A stretch of DNA of 64,000 bases from Deltaproteobacteria bacterium (GTDB taxonomy: Bacteria; JAGRBM01; JAHCIT01), in assembly GCA_026129095.1 (NCBI GenBank), contig JAHCIT010000001.1, forward strand, positions 122,245 to 186,244. Direction: 5' to 3'. Below the pieces are notes generated by a model that was not told the DNA's origin, did no database searches, and saw only the letters and a program-made list of their open reading frames with translations. The translations under genes and the position numbers were made by a program. Positions 19,229-30,302 of the stretch are shown piece by piece. The number at the start of each line of letters is the position of its first letter. Within the stretch, counting starts at the first letter, position 1.

Positions 19229-20410
19229 TCAGAAAGCCTCAAACAGGCCGGCCGCCCCCATGCCACCACCGATGCACATGGTAACGATGCCCCATTTTTT
19301 CTTGCGGCGGCGGAGTTCCATCAGAATCGAACCGGTCTGACGGGCACCGGTCATCCCGTACGGGTGGCCGATGGAAATCGCCCCGCCATTCACATTGAGC
19401 CGGGCGGGATCGATACCCAGCTTGTCACGGCAATAAACCACCTGAACGGCAAACGCCTCATTCAGCTCGATCAGATCGATGTCATCCAGCCTGAGGCCAA
19501 AGCGCTTGAGTAGGAGTGGCACGGCGAATACCGGGCCGATGCCCATTTCATCCGGCTCGCAACCGGCTACAGCAAGCCCGCGAAATGCGCCAAGTGGATT
19601 CAGATTTCGGCGTCTGGCTTCCTCATCGCTCATGACAACAACGGCGGCGGCACCGTCGGAAAGCTGCGACGAATTGCCCGCCGTCACGCTGCCCTGGGGA
19701 TTGAATGCCGGCTTGAGTGAGCGGAGCCCCTCGATGGTCGTATCGGGACGGTTCCCTTCATCCTGCGCGAACAGGAACTCCTTTTTGGTAACTTCTCCCG
19801 TTTCCTTGTTCTTTTCGGTCATCGTTACCTGCATGGGAACGATCTCTTCGGCCAGCTTCCCCGTCTTCTGCGCTTCGGCCGTGCGCTGCTGGGAAAGCAG
19901 CGAGTAGTCGTCCTGGGATTCCCGGGACACCTTGTAACGGCTGGCTACGATTTCCGCCGTCTGCCCCATCGGGAAGTAGATACCGGGCTTTAGCTTCATG
20001 ACTCCCGGATTGGCGGCGTCATTCATGTTGATGTTCTTCTGGACACGGGAGATGGACTCGACTCCCGCGCCGATCATCACTGGTACGCCGTCGACAATCA
20101 CCCGCTGGGCAGCGATCGCCACCGCCTGCAACCCTGACGAGCAGAACCGGTTAACGGTCATGCCGCTCACAGTTACCGGACAGCCCGCCCGGATCGCGGC
20201 AATGCGTCCCACGTTGTTTCCGGTCGAACCTTCAGGAAGTCCGCACCCCATCACCACGTCTTCGATCTCCCCCGGATCGACCTTTGCCCGCTCCAGGGCT
20301 GACTTGATGGCATGGGCCGCCATATCCGCGCCGTGTGTGGAATTAAATGCTCCCTTGAATGCCTTGCCGATGGGGGTGCGTGCGCTGGCAACGATTACTG
20401 CCTGTTTCAT
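19229..20410 (-). CDS. Acetyl-CoA C-acyltransferase (thiolase)
   Basis: [48 protein letters not shown]. Confidence 0.96.
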   Translation of the reverse strand: MKQAVIVASARTPIGKAFKGAFNSTHGADMAAHAIKSALERAKVDPGEIEDVVMGCGLPEGSTGNNVGRIAAIRAGCPVTVSGMTVNRFCSSGLQAVAIAAQRVIVDGVPVMIGAGVESISRVQKNINMNDAANPGVMKLKPGIYFPMGQTAEIVASRYKVSRESQDDYSLLSQQRTAEAQKTGKLAEEIVPMQVTMTEKNKETGEVTKKEFLFAQDEGNRPDTTIEGLRSLKPAFNPQGSVTAGNSSQLSDGAAAVVVMSDEEARRRNLNPLGAFRGLAVAGCEPDEMGIGPVFAVPLLLKRFGLRLDDIDLIELNEAFAVQVVYCRDKLGIDPARLNVNGGAISIGHPYGMTGARQTGSILMELRRRKKKWGIVTMCIGGGMGAAGLFEAF

Positions 20411-20552
20411 GTGCGGGTTCCTCCTTACTCAAGGACCGTTGATGCCGGGCTGGGTCCGGCTGCCTGCGGGGATTGTGGACGGCTGTCGTCCTGGAAAGAA
20501 AACGCTGCGTTCTGAAGGAGCGGGTGGCTGCCTTGACGCCCGGCTCCAGCTA

Positions 20553-22625
20553 TCAGCCATCGACAAACGTCTTGAGCCGCTTGGAGCGGCTCGGGTGACG
20601 GAGCTTGCGGAGCGCCTTGGCCTCGATCTGCCGGATACGCTCGCGGGTAACAGAGAAATCCTCTCCCACTTCCTCAAGCGTGTGATCGGTCTTCGCGCCG
20701 ATGCCGAACCGCATGCGAAGAACCTTTTCCTCCCGGGGCGTCAGTGTCGCCAGCACCCGGCGGGTTTGCTCGCTCAGACTGACGTTGATGACCGTATCGG
20801 TAGGCGAAACAGTCGACGTGTCTTCAAGCATGTCCCCAAGATGCGAATCGTCATCTTCACCCACCGGGGTTTCAAGACTGACCGGTTCGCGGGCGATCTT
20901 CAGCACCTTTGATACCCGGTCGAGCGGCATGTCGAGCCGCTGCGCGATCTCCTCCGGCCCCGGTTCGCGGCCAAGTTCCTGAAGCATCTGCCGCTGGACG
21001 CGGGTGATCTTGTGGATGGTCTCGATCATGTGGACGGGTATCCGGATCGTTCGGGCCTGGTCGGCGATGGCACGGGTGATGGCCTGACGAATCCACCACG
21101 TCGCATAGGTGGAGAACTTGAATCCCCGCTGGTAGTCGAACTTGTCCACCGCCTTCATCAGGCCAATATTGCCTTCCTGAATGAGATCCAGGAACTGGAG
21201 CCCCTTGTTCGTGTACCGCTTCGCGATCGAAACCACCAGCCGGAGATTGGCCTCTACCAGTTCGGCCTTGGCCTGTGCGGCCTCCTGCTCGCCGCTGTCG
21301 ATTGCTTTCACCAGCCGGCGGATTTCACGGGCCGGAAGCCGGGTCGTCGCCTCCAGGGTGGCGTGCAGCTTCTGCCGTTCTGTCTCTCCCTGTTCCAGGT
21401 GCATGATCTCATGAATGGACAAGCCTGTCTGCTTCGAGAGGGTTTCGGCATATTTCTTTGACCGGCGGACCTTGTGCAGTGCTTCCCGGAGGGCATCCGG
21501 ACCGGCGCCGATCCGGCGGGCAGCCTCGACCAGTTCCCGGTCGATCATATCGACCTCGCGTACGAATTCCCGGACCCGGTCTACCAGCCGCTGAAGGTGG
21601 GTCTTGTGAAGCCGGATCTGGCGGATCAGCACCGTAATCTTGCGGGTATTGTCGGCGAGCGACTTCTCGGCAGACTTGACCGCGCGCGGGGAAGCATTTT
21701 TCGATGACCTGGTCTTGCGGAGTATCTTTTCACGGTCCCGCACCAGCGCCTTGATCTTGCGGAACGACTGAATCGTGAAATCGAGCGTCTGGCTCTCGGC
21801 GTCCGGGACAATCTCCTCGTCTTCGGGCAGCACTTCCGGTTCTTCCAGGAGGTCACGGAGCCGCATTTCGCCCCGCTCCAGCCGGTCGCCCAGAATCACC
21901 ATGTCTTCCAAGACGGTTGGGCAGCAGTACGCCGCATGAAACATGGTAAAAAGGCCGCTTTCGATCCGCTTGGCCAGTATCACCTCGCCTTCCCGGTTCA
22001 GAAGGCTGACTGCCCCCATTTCCCGCAGATACATCCGTACCGGATCGACGCTCGGTGTTTCAGCCGGTTTTGTCTCCTCGGCATCCATCGCCGGCTCCGG
22101 TTCCTCGGCGATTTCCGGTTCGGAATCTTCTTCCTCATCGGTTTCCTCGTCGGGAACTTCGGCCGTATCTACTTCGTCTTCGGGCTCGGCCGCTTCCGCA
22201 CTATCCACGACGGCAATCCCTGCCTGCGCGATCCGCTGGTAGATGTCGTCAAAGATATTCGCTTCCTTGGCCTCGTCCGGGAGCTGGTTATTGAGATCGT
22301 CCCACGTGAGAAAACCCTGCGCCCGTCCCTTCTGGACCAGTACATGAATCGGCTGATGGGCTGCTTCAGGTATGGATGCGGAGAGCCGTATGGCTGGCAT
22401 TTCCGCTGCGGACAGAGTTCCAGATTTTGCGGGCGATTTGACAGGCGGTTTGCTGGCCTGACGGGTACCGGGACGACCGGCGCCTCTCCGGACGGCCCTG
22501 GGAACAGGGCGGGAAACCGGAACTGGAGTCTTTTTTGACCGGGCCGGGGATCCCGTCACGGCCTTGCGTGCGGCGGAAGTTTTCTTCCCCTTCTTGCTGG
22601 AACCGGCCATCCCGTTAATCCTCAC
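20553..22625 (-). CDS. rpoD: RNA polymerase primary sigma factor RpoD
   Basis: [72 protein letters not shown]; downstream of dnaG. Confidence 0.98.
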   Translation of the reverse strand: MRINGMAGSSKKGKKTSAARKAVTGSPARSKKTPVPVSRPVPRAVRRGAGRPGTRQASKPPVKSPAKSGTLSAAEMPAIRLSASIPEAAHQPIHVLVQKGRAQGFLTWDDLNNQLPDEAKEANIFDDIYQRIAQAGIAVVDSAEAAEPEDEVDTAEVPDEETDEEEDSEPEIAEEPEPAMDAEETKPAETPSVDPVRMYLREMGAVSLLNREGEVILAKRIESGLFTMFHAAYCCPTVLEDMVILGDRLERGEMRLRDLLEEPEVLPEDEEIVPDAESQTLDFTIQSFRKIKALVRDREKILRKTRSSKNASPRAVKSAEKSLADNTRKITVLIRQIRLHKTHLQRLVDRVREFVREVDMIDRELVEAARRIGAGPDALREALHKVRRSKKYAETLSKQTGLSIHEIMHLEQGETERQKLHATLEATTRLPAREIRRLVKAIDSGEQEAAQAKAELVEANLRLVVSIAKRYTNKGLQFLDLIQEGNIGLMKAVDKFDYQRGFKFSTYATWWIRQAITRAIADQARTIRIPVHMIETIHKITRVQRQMLQELGREPGPEEIAQRLDMPLDRVSKVLKIAREPVSLETPVGEDDDSHLGDMLEDTSTVSPTDTVINVSLSEQTRRVLATLTPREEKVLRMRFGIGAKTDHTLEEVGEDFSVTRERIRQIEAKALRKLRHPSRSKRLKTFVDG

Positions 22626-22633
22626 CCGGAACC

Positions 22634-24646
22634 CTAGAACGGCTGCCCGCCGGACTCACCGGCATCCGGCACGTCTTCATCGCCGTAATAATCGTCGGCC
22701 GGATCATCTTCTGGTGCCGGCGTGGCGGTAGCCGGCGGCGCAAATCCGGTCTGGCTCTCCGTTACCGCGGATACCGCAAACGAACTGACGGCGACAGCAA
22801 TAGTCTGTTTGATCCGGTGATCGAGGGCAATAAGTTCAAGGCTGATCCGGTCAATCTCGGCCGACGCCCCGCTTGATTTTTCCAGCTCCGCCAGTTTCGT
22901 CCGCAAAGCTGCACGTTCGGACTTCAGCCGCTCACGCTCAAACGCGGCGCCAATATCACGGAGCAACCGCTGGCAATCCTCCGCCTTCAGCTCCCTCAGT
23001 CTCGGCTCCTCGGATGCGATGCTCTGGACGGCTGCTCCCACGAGGCCGCTCTCGTCCAGCCGCCCGAACCACGCCTTCGGTTCGCAACCACCGGTTTCCT
23101 CCCAGAGTTTCACCAGGCTGTCGAACAGTTCCCGGTCCCTGCCTTTCAGATAACCTGCCATGCTGCTCTCGAGTATTGGCCGGCGGAGATCGGCATGATT
23201 CATGAATATCCACAGAATTGCCCGGACGGCTGATGGAACGGCGAGCTTCTTTTCCTCCGAAGCTGGCAGTTCCGGCGGCGGAACCGGCTGCCGGTAAATC
23301 CGGTGCCGGGCTGAAGCGCGGTTAACGGTCTCCTCAATCGCCTTTTCCGGGAAACCGAAGGCCAAAGCCGCATGACGGAGCATCTCCGAACGCAGGGTCG
23401 GATCCCTGACCAGGGTGAATACCGGCAGCAGTTGCCCAATCGCAGACTGGCGCTCGGCCAGATTGCTTCCGGCCCGTGCGGCGACACTGGAGATGAGCCG
23501 CTCCAGCATGGGCTCTGCCGTATCCAGAAGTCTCCGGAGCGCTTCAGGCCCCTCGGAGGCCAGAAGGTCATCCGGATCCTTCCCAGACGGGACTACAATC
23601 CGGAGCGGCGAAACGCCCAGCGGCAGCAGCACGTCCAAGGCACGCGCCGCGGCGCGTTCGCCCGCTTCGTCGGCGTCAAAGCACAGGTATATTTTCTGGG
23701 TCAGGCGGACCAGCTTCTGCGCCTGCTCGGCCGTGAGCGCCGTCCCGAGCGGCGCCACGACGTTTTTTATGCCTGCCCGCCAGAACGCGATGGCATCCAT
23801 GTAGCCTTCAACAACCACTGCCCCGGCCGAAGCGTCAATGAACTCCTTCGCCCGGTGAAAATTGTAGAGGATAAGACTCTTCTGAAAGAGGTCGGTAGCA
23901 GGCGAATTCAGATACTTCGCCTGCGCGTCCCCGAGCGCCCGGCCGCCGAATCCCACCACCTTGCCACGGTCATCTTCGATAGTGAACATGAGCCGGTCGA
24001 TAAAGCGGTCCCTGAGATGGTCCCACGACCAGTTTCCGTCGGCCGGTTCTTCGTCATCAACGGGAACAACGAGCCCCGCCCCCAGTGCGATTTTTGGATC
24101 GATCTTGAGGGACCGTAGCTGCGTAACAAGCGTCTGCCGGTTGCGCGGCGCAAAACCGACACGGAAGGTCTCGGCGATCTCGCCCGTGAGTCCACGCCGT
24201 TCCGCATAGGCGCGGGCGGCATCAGCGCGGGTATCCTTTAGCAGGAGATTCCGGTAGTAAACCGCCGTGCGTTCCAGGAGATTGCCCTGCTCCTGCCGCT
24301 CACTCGACCTCGCCTTCGAGGCGCCGGCGTCACCAGAATACTGCGGCAGCTCCACCCCGGCACGCTCGGCCAGCATTCGCATGGCCTCGGGGAAGGTCAT
24401 CTTTTCCTTCTGCTGGACGAACGTGAAGACGTCGCCCGACGCCTTGCACCCGAAACAGTGGTAATAACCGCGTACCGGATCGACAGAAAAGCTGGGCGTC
24501 TTCTCGCCGTGAAACGGGCACAGGCCCTTCCACCGGTCGCGTCCAGCCTTCTTGAGCTGGGTATGCCGGGAGATGATCTCGACAAGGTCAACCCGGCCCC
24601 GGATCTCCTCCTTGGCGCGTTCCCAGTCCCGGTTCCGGTCGGCCAT
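22634..24646 (-). CDS. dnaG: DNA primase
   Basis: Zn finger [11 protein letters not shown]...YHCFGC, GFGGR, KYLNSP, Toprim VVEGYMD and FDADEAG; start set at ATG 24646. Confidence 0.98.
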   Translation of the reverse strand: MADRNRDWERAKEEIRGRVDLVEIISRHTQLKKAGRDRWKGLCPFHGEKTPSFSVDPVRGYYHCFGCKASGDVFTFVQQKEKMTFPEAMRMLAERAGVELPQYSGDAGASKARSSERQEQGNLLERTAVYYRNLLLKDTRADAARAYAERRGLTGEIAETFRVGFAPRNRQTLVTQLRSLKIDPKIALGAGLVVPVDDEEPADGNWSWDHLRDRFIDRLMFTIEDDRGKVVGFGGRALGDAQAKYLNSPATDLFQKSLILYNFHRAKEFIDASAGAVVVEGYMDAIAFWRAGIKNVVAPLGTALTAEQAQKLVRLTQKIYLCFDADEAGERAAARALDVLLPLGVSPLRIVVPSGKDPDDLLASEGPEALRRLLDTAEPMLERLISSVAARAGSNLAERQSAIGQLLPVFTLVRDPTLRSEMLRHAALAFGFPEKAIEETVNRASARHRIYRQPVPPPELPASEEKKLAVPSAVRAILWIFMNHADLRRPILESSMAGYLKGRDRELFDSLVKLWEETGGCEPKAWFGRLDESGLVGAAVQSIASEEPRLRELKAEDCQRLLRDIGAAFERERLKSERAALRTKLAELEKSSGASAEIDRISLELIALDHRIKQTIAVAVSSFAVSAVTESQTGFAPPATATPAPEDDPADDYYGDEDVPDAGESGGQPF

Positions 24647-24735
24647 TTGTAAAAGTCCTCGGGCAGTCTGACGGGGCTGCACCAACGCGCAGCCTTCTAT
24701 TAGTAGTTAAGCGCTAGCGAGCCGGGCTCAAGCGA

Positions 24736-25803
24736 TCATTCCACCGGTGGCGGAGGATTCTGCCTGAGTGCCTCCATCCACTGGATGACCTGCTCGCTTG
24801 TTGCTGCTCCCAGCGTCTCCCGAACGGCCATTTCTTCTGCCTCCAGAGGATTGAGATTCTGCTGCCGGAGTTGCTGCAGACGGGCGTCCTTCTCCTCGCG
24901 GGAAAGGCTGGCCGTGGCAGGATCGGCCAGAAACGCATTGCGGGCGGCGTCATAACCGGCGTATCGCCCGGAGCGGGCCACAATTTCCTGATCGAGCCGT
25001 TCGAGCCGCTCCGTGGCCTCCGGACCGAAATGTTTCAGCCGCAGGTCACGTATCTTCTCGTTTTTCTCCTGCTCAGAAAGGCCTTCGAGATCCACCGCGA
25101 TCTGCTGCTGTTCTTCAAGAAACTTCTGCCGCGGGTCCCTGTACAGGATGACCTCCCGGAGATGAGGCGGCAGGTCGCGGGCCAGCTCGTCCATCCGTTC
25201 TTTCCGGGTCTGGAAATCCAGCGTCCTGTCCTGCTGGAGTTCCCGAACACTCAGGGCGTAGTCCACACTCTTCTCTTCATCACGGAACAGGATATCCGCC
25301 AGTTCCTGGCCGAAGATCTCACGCCGCAGCCGCCGCATCTTTTCAGACTGGTCGCGCAGGCTGGCCGCGCCAGAAAAAAATCCCGGCGACTGCATCCGGT
25401 CAACGTAGTCCAGGTATTTCAGGAATATCTCGCGGATCCGCCTGGCTTCCGCTTCCGAATAGTTTCGCGCCAGCCATCGGTCGAAGTTACGGAGTAGCTC
25501 GGAACGCGGCTGCTGGTGATATTCAAAAAGGAACCGGTTAAACACGTCCAGGAACTCAGGGGAAAGCAGCTCCCGGTCATTTACGGTTTCAAACCGCGCC
25601 TTACCGATATCAACAGCCGGATCAATGCCCGACGTTATGGTGCTCGCCGGCGATTCGCCCCGGTTGGCAGCCGGGAGCAATTCCCCCGAAGTACCCGCCA
25701 TGTGACCTGTGGCCGAGGGGTCATCCCGGAGCAGATGAAACAGCCCAACGCCAATCACCAGCAGGGCCACAACAGCCAGCGTAACAAGCAGATTCCGGTG
25801 CAT
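24736..25803 (-). CDS. Lipase-specific foldase (Lif/lipase chaperone)-like protein
   Basis: N-terminal TM anchor and Pro/Ala linker; helical repeats LRREIFGQELADILFRDE and LRLKHFGPEATERLERLDQE...RNAFLA...LSREEK..LQQLRQQ, typical of the Lif C-terminus. Confidence 0.72.
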   Translation of the reverse strand: MHRNLLVTLAVVALLVIGVGLFHLLRDDPSATGHMAGTSGELLPAANRGESPASTITSGIDPAVDIGKARFETVNDRELLSPEFLDVFNRFLFEYHQQPRSELLRNFDRWLARNYSEAEARRIREIFLKYLDYVDRMQSPGFFSGAASLRDQSEKMRRLRREIFGQELADILFRDEEKSVDYALSVRELQQDRTLDFQTRKERMDELARDLPPHLREVILYRDPRQKFLEEQQQIAVDLEGLSEQEKNEKIRDLRLKHFGPEATERLERLDQEIVARSGRYAGYDAARNAFLADPATASLSREEKDARLQQLRQQNLNPLEAEEMAVRETLGAATSEQVIQWMEALRQNPPPPVE

Positions 25804-25830
25804 GATCAGCCCCTCTTTCACACAGGAACG

Positions 25831-27042
25831 TCAGGGCGCAAGCGGCTGCGGAATATCAGCAGCCAACCGGGCCCCCGATACTGAAAACCCGGTGCGAACG
25901 GCATTCCCTCCCGTGCCGTCCGGCGCATGTCCCAGAAGTTCTGCCACGAACTCTCCGCCATACAGTGAGTCATCGTCAAGCCCGGTAACGAAACGTCCAT
26001 CGGCATAGATGTCCGTGCGCCTTCCTTCATGCACGAACTCCATCTCCGGCATTCCGCCTCCTTCGGGTATCCGGGGGCGTTCACCCTGCGCGAGTTCCTG
26101 CGTCCGGCCCCTGGCATTACGCATGTCCAGGCTCCAGCCACGGCCGTCAATCGCAAACCGGTAACCCGTCTTCGGCTGACCGGCATTCCTGCCCGATCTC
26201 AGCCTTTCCGCGTTCCACCAGAACACTGCCTGCCGGACGCTGGCAGCCGTTCCGGTCCGTGCGATCCATGCGCTTTCCAGCGCCGGAATCTCCGCGACGC
26301 AGACAGTGCCGGACATGCAGGAACCGGCCGTGGACCCCTCCGCCACGCGAATCACGTGGCCCAGACCCGGCGTACTGTACACCGTCGCCGGGCGCTGCGC
26401 CGGCGGCCGGTCCATCACCATCTGGCCCCGTGCCAGTTCGATCCCCATGGCAACACGGTAGTCCACGGAGACGGCTGCACAGCCATCATCCAGCGCCTGT
26501 TCACGAACGATGAGACGGCCCATAAACCCTCCCCCGCCATACCACCAGAGCCGTTCACCGGCACGGGAAGCGGCTGCCTGGCTTCCCGGCAGACAAACTG
26601 TGCTGCCAGCAGCATCCAGAATGTTGCGGTACGGCAGCCGCAAGACGGCGTGATCTTTCAGATTCGACGCGACATTTGGAAGCTGCTGGGAACGGCTTTC
26701 GAACTCTCCCAGCCAGCGGTTGATCCGGCAATCCCACATCCTGAACGTGCCTTTGTACCTCCCATCCGTCCCCGGATCCGAGGCCGACACCAGAAGCAGG
26801 AGTTCCGTACGCGGCAGATCGGGACAGGCCGGATTTTCCGGGTTAAACACAAACTTTTCGGGGGCCGGGAGCAGAAGATACCGGTGGGTACGCCCGATCC
26901 GGTCGGCAAAAAGACCGGCCAGTTCGACAGAACGGGATCCATTTCCTGACACCACCATAACAGCCATCCGGGCAAGTAATGGAGACGGAGCCGTCAGCAT
27001 CGCCGCCCATACGAGGGCCCAGGTGATGCTTTTCATTATCAC
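25831..27042 (-). CDS. Hypothetical secreted protein (possible FlgT-like middle domain and lectin-like C-terminus)
   Basis: Signal peptide MKSITWALVWAAMLTAPSPLLA; 403-aa ORF overlapping the DGC stop (GTG 27042 or ATG 27036); domain guess is weak. Confidence 0.55.
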   Translation of the reverse strand: MIMKSITWALVWAAMLTAPSPLLARMAVMVVSGNGSRSVELAGLFADRIGRTHRYLLLPAPEKFVFNPENPACPDLPRTELLLLVSASDPGTDGRYKGTFRMWDCRINRWLGEFESRSQQLPNVASNLKDHAVLRLPYRNILDAAGSTVCLPGSQAAASRAGERLWWYGGGGFMGRLIVREQALDDGCAAVSVDYRVAMGIELARGQMVMDRPPAQRPATVYSTPGLGHVIRVAEGSTAGSCMSGTVCVAEIPALESAWIARTGTAASVRQAVFWWNAERLRSGRNAGQPKTGYRFAIDGRGWSLDMRNARGRTQELAQGERPRIPEGGGMPEMEFVHEGRRTDIYADGRFVTGLDDDSLYGGEFVAELLGHAPDGTGGNAVRTGFSVSGARLAADIPQPLAP

Positions 27043-28328
27043 CCACCCCTGCCCGGCCGCCCGGTTTCCTTCGGCTGGGCACCCATGCCGAGCCCGCCCA
27101 GGTACTGGGAGCCGCTTCCGGCCACCAGGGCCGGACTCCAGACTGTTACGCGATTCCGCCCCAGTCGCTTGGATTCATATAGCGCCGCATCGGCCTGTCG
27201 TATTGTCTCCCCCAGTTCCCGCCCGTGTTCCGGGCAACTGGCAATACCAGCCGACAGCATCACCGGAAACTGGCCCCCGCCGGGAAGCTCAACCGGCAAC
27301 CGGCTGCACAGATCCCGAACCCGGCTGGCATACTTCGCCGCGCCTTCGGCGCCTGTTCCCCGCAGCCGGACGATGAACTCATCGCCGCCCAACCGGGCGC
27401 AGACATCACCCTCGCGGGCCGCAGCCCTGATCGCTTCGGCAGCATACCGTATCAGTTCGGTCCCCCGGTCATGGCCCCATGTATCGTTAACCTCTTTCAG
27501 GTGATCGGCATCGAAGACCACGATGGAGTAGGGCCGGTCGGCAGACCGGTCCGGCAGGGAGATGAAAAACCGGAACGTATAGAGCCCTGTCAGGTCATCA
27601 CGGACAGTCTCGCGCAGCAGCCGGTCGCTCAACGAACGGGCAATATCCTCGAATGCACCGGACAGGTAGCTCGCAATCCAGAGAAACGAGACCGGCCAGA
27701 TCAGCGCCGACCACGGGTGCTCGTCGGTCCTGTCTGAAATGATGAATGCTGCTGCGAGCAGCACTGTCGAGGCCGCCACCTTGGCAATAGCGACAATCCG
27801 GGACTGGGAGGGGGCCGCATTCAGGATCACAACGAGGTACAGGAACACAAAAGGGCTTGTCACTCCGCCTGTCAGCGAGACGGCGACCGTTATCCAGAGC
27901 AGGTCGATCCAGCCCTCGACCATGAGCTTTGTCCGGGATGACAGCACCCGCTCCGGCAGCAGGTAGTGAAACAGGACAGTCTGCAGGACGACGTAAAGCG
28001 GGAGAAGACGCTCGGTGGTAAACCACTTGGCCATGCCACCTGACGGCCGGACCAGATCAACCTGAATCTCGCCCGTAACTTCATAAAACCATACACTGGC
28101 AGGTTCGAGAAGATCATGCAGCATCAGCAGCACGGCCAGTAGGAAGTGAACTGCCCGGGATATCCGTGAATAGGCGCGAAACCGTTCGGTATCGATGGTT
28201 TGCTGTATGCCGGAAGCGTGAATGATCTGTTCACGTTCGGCATCGTCCAGCGGTGCGTCCACCGGCACAGGTGGCGGCCCCCCCGCATGTGCCGGATGTT
28301 CTGGAATCAGGGGGTCATCGTCCTTCAT
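27039..28328 (-). CDS. Membrane-bound diguanylate cyclase (GGDEF)
   Basis: PilS-like TM region (DLLWIT..SLTGGVTSPFVFLYL), DDLTGL, DADHLKEVNDTWGH, I-site REGD, RLGGDEF; GGAG RBS before ATG 28328. Confidence 0.92.
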   Translation of the reverse strand: MKDDDPLIPEHPAHAGGPPPVPVDAPLDDAEREQIIHASGIQQTIDTERFRAYSRISRAVHFLLAVLLMLHDLLEPASVWFYEVTGEIQVDLVRPSGGMAKWFTTERLLPLYVVLQTVLFHYLLPERVLSSRTKLMVEGWIDLLWITVAVSLTGGVTSPFVFLYLVVILNAAPSQSRIVAIAKVAASTVLLAAAFIISDRTDEHPWSALIWPVSFLWIASYLSGAFEDIARSLSDRLLRETVRDDLTGLYTFRFFISLPDRSADRPYSIVVFDADHLKEVNDTWGHDRGTELIRYAAEAIRAAAREGDVCARLGGDEFIVRLRGTGAEGAAKYASRVRDLCSRLPVELPGGGQFPVMLSAGIASCPEHGRELGETIRQADAALYESKRLGRNRVTVWSPALVAGSGSQYLGGLGMGAQPKETGRPGRGG

Positions 28329-28450
28329 ATGGCTCCGCAGATGAACCGGGCTCACGTGACCGCGAATCCGGTCTTGCCCATGCCAAACCAGCCGAACTAG
28401 CGTTGCCCCTGACCATTAATCCCAAGCGACCGAGGGGGCAAACTGACGCC

Positions 28451-30208
28451 ATGGCCGACGCCACAAACACCGAACAGGAACTGATCAAGAAGATGCCGGT
28501 ACGGTGCAACCTGACCGATTACGAACGGATGCGCCGGGAGTTCAACTGGGAAAACCTGCGGAGCGAGTTCAACGGATTTGCCGGCGATCGCGTTAACATG
28601 GCCTACGAGTGTATTGACCGGCACTGCGACACCGGGCGACGCAACAAGGTGGCGATGTACTGGGTGGGTGGTGATGCTCCCCACTTTGACATCAAGCTGT
28701 TCACCTTTAACGACATGCGAAAGCTGTCCAACCGTTTCGCCAATCTCCTGCACAACCTCGGAGTGAAACAGGGCGACCGGGTATTCTTCTTTCTTCCCCG
28801 GATTCCCACGCTGTATTACGGCATCCTCGGATCCTTCAAGGTGGGTGCCATCGCGGGCCCCCTGTTTGCGGCCTTCGGTCCGGAGGCGGTCCGCGACCGC
28901 CTGCAGGATTCGGGCGCGGTCATGCTCGTAACCACGCCAGAACTCTACAAGAAGGTGGAGTCCGTACGAAACGAGCTGAAAGACCTCAGGCATGTGGTGT
29001 TCGTTGGCGACAACGCCCCGTCAGGCGCGGGGAATCTCAAGCTCAACGATGAGCTGGACAAGTGTTCCGACGAGTTCCGGGTCCGTGAACTGGACTGGGA
29101 AGCCCCGATGCTGATGCACTATACGTCCGGAACCACAGGCAAGCCCAAGGGGATCGTCCATGTCCACAAGGCAATGTATGGGCATCTTGCAACCGGCCGC
29201 TGGGTGCTCGACCTGCGGGAGGAGGATGTTTACTGGTGCACCGCCGATCCAGGCTGGGTGACGGGCACCAGCTACGGTATTTTCGCGCCGTGGCTCAACG
29301 GCGCCTCGCAAGTGGTCTACGAGGGCCGGTTTGCGGCCGAGAACTGGTATTCGGTGATCGACCAGCTTGGCGTCACCATCTGGTACACGGCGCCGACGGC
29401 GCTCCGGATGCTAATGAAAGCGGGCGATGCGCTCGTGAAGCAGCACAAGTTCCGCGAGCTCCGGCACATACTGTCGGTCGGCGAACCGCTGAATGCCGAA
29501 GTGGTCCGCTGGGGCATGAAGGTGTATGGCCTGCCAATCCATGACACCTGGTGGATGACCGAGACGGGCGCGATGATGATCGTGAACTTCCCCTGCACTG
29601 CGGTGAAACCAGGATCGATGGGAAAGCCCATGCCGGGAGTCCATGCGGCGATTATCGACGGCGATGGCAACGAACTGCCGCCCGGCAAGGAGGGATTTCT
29701 CGCCCTGCGGCCACCGTGGCCGTCGATGATGCGGGAAATCTGGAAGAACAAGCCCAAGTTTGACGAATATTTCCGCATCAAGGGCTGGTACTTCTCCGGT
29801 GATACGGCGATGATGGACCAGGACGGATATTTCTGGTTTGTCGGCCGTGCCGACGACGTTATCAAGACGAGCGGCCACCGCGTGGGGCCGTTCGAGGTGG
29901 AATCCGCGCTCGTGGAGCACCCGGCTGTAGCCGAGGCAGGCGTCATCGGCCGGCCGGACCCCGAAGGCATCCGGGGAGACATCATCAAGGCGTTCGTGGC
30001 GCTTCGGGCCGGATTCCAGCCGAGCGACCAGCTGAAGAAGGATATCGCCGAGTTCGTCCGGAAAACGCTCGCCTCCCATGCGGTTCCGCGGGATATCGAG
30101 ATCGTAACGTCGCTTCCCAAGACCCGGTCCGGCAAGATCATGCGCCGTGTGCTGAAAGCCCGGGAGCTTGGCCAGGATCCTGGTGACGTCAGCAGTCTGG
30201 AAGACTGA
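28451..30208 (+). CDS. acsA: Acetate--CoA ligase (Bacillus AcsA type)
   Basis: HYTSGTTGKPKG, TADPGWVTG, VGEPLN, DTWWMTETG, GRADDVIK, PKTRSGKIMRR. Confidence 0.93.
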   Translation: MADATNTEQELIKKMPVRCNLTDYERMRREFNWENLRSEFNGFAGDRVNMAYECIDRHCDTGRRNKVAMYWVGGDAPHFDIKLFTFNDMRKLSNRFANLLHNLGVKQGDRVFFFLPRIPTLYYGILGSFKVGAIAGPLFAAFGPEAVRDRLQDSGAVMLVTTPELYKKVESVRNELKDLRHVVFVGDNAPSGAGNLKLNDELDKCSDEFRVRELDWEAPMLMHYTSGTTGKPKGIVHVHKAMYGHLATGRWVLDLREEDVYWCTADPGWVTGTSYGIFAPWLNGASQVVYEGRFAAENWYSVIDQLGVTIWYTAPTALRMLMKAGDALVKQHKFRELRHILSVGEPLNAEVVRWGMKVYGLPIHDTWWMTETGAMMIVNFPCTAVKPGSMGKPMPGVHAAIIDGDGNELPPGKEGFLALRPPWPSMMREIWKNKPKFDEYFRIKGWYFSGDTAMMDQDGYFWFVGRADDVIKTSGHRVGPFEVESALVEHPAVAEAGVIGRPDPEGIRGDIIKAFVALRAGFQPSDQLKKDIAEFVRKTLASHAVPRDIEIVTSLPKTRSGKIMRRVLKARELGQDPGDVSSLED

Positions 30209-30302
30209 AAGCCTGCTGACCTGACCGCCCGGAACCGGTATACTTGCGAGTTCACGGTGAGGGGTTTGAATCCGGACAGAGACGTCCGGCGGGCGGCACT
30301 GC

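Noticed and set aside
30245-30302. GGGGTTTGAATCC plus hairpin CCGGAC-AGAGAC-GTCCGG, resembling a tRNA T-arm or riboswitch
   Set aside because: There is no D-arm, anticodon arm or acceptor stem, and no cobalamin or c-di-GMP riboswitch consensus.
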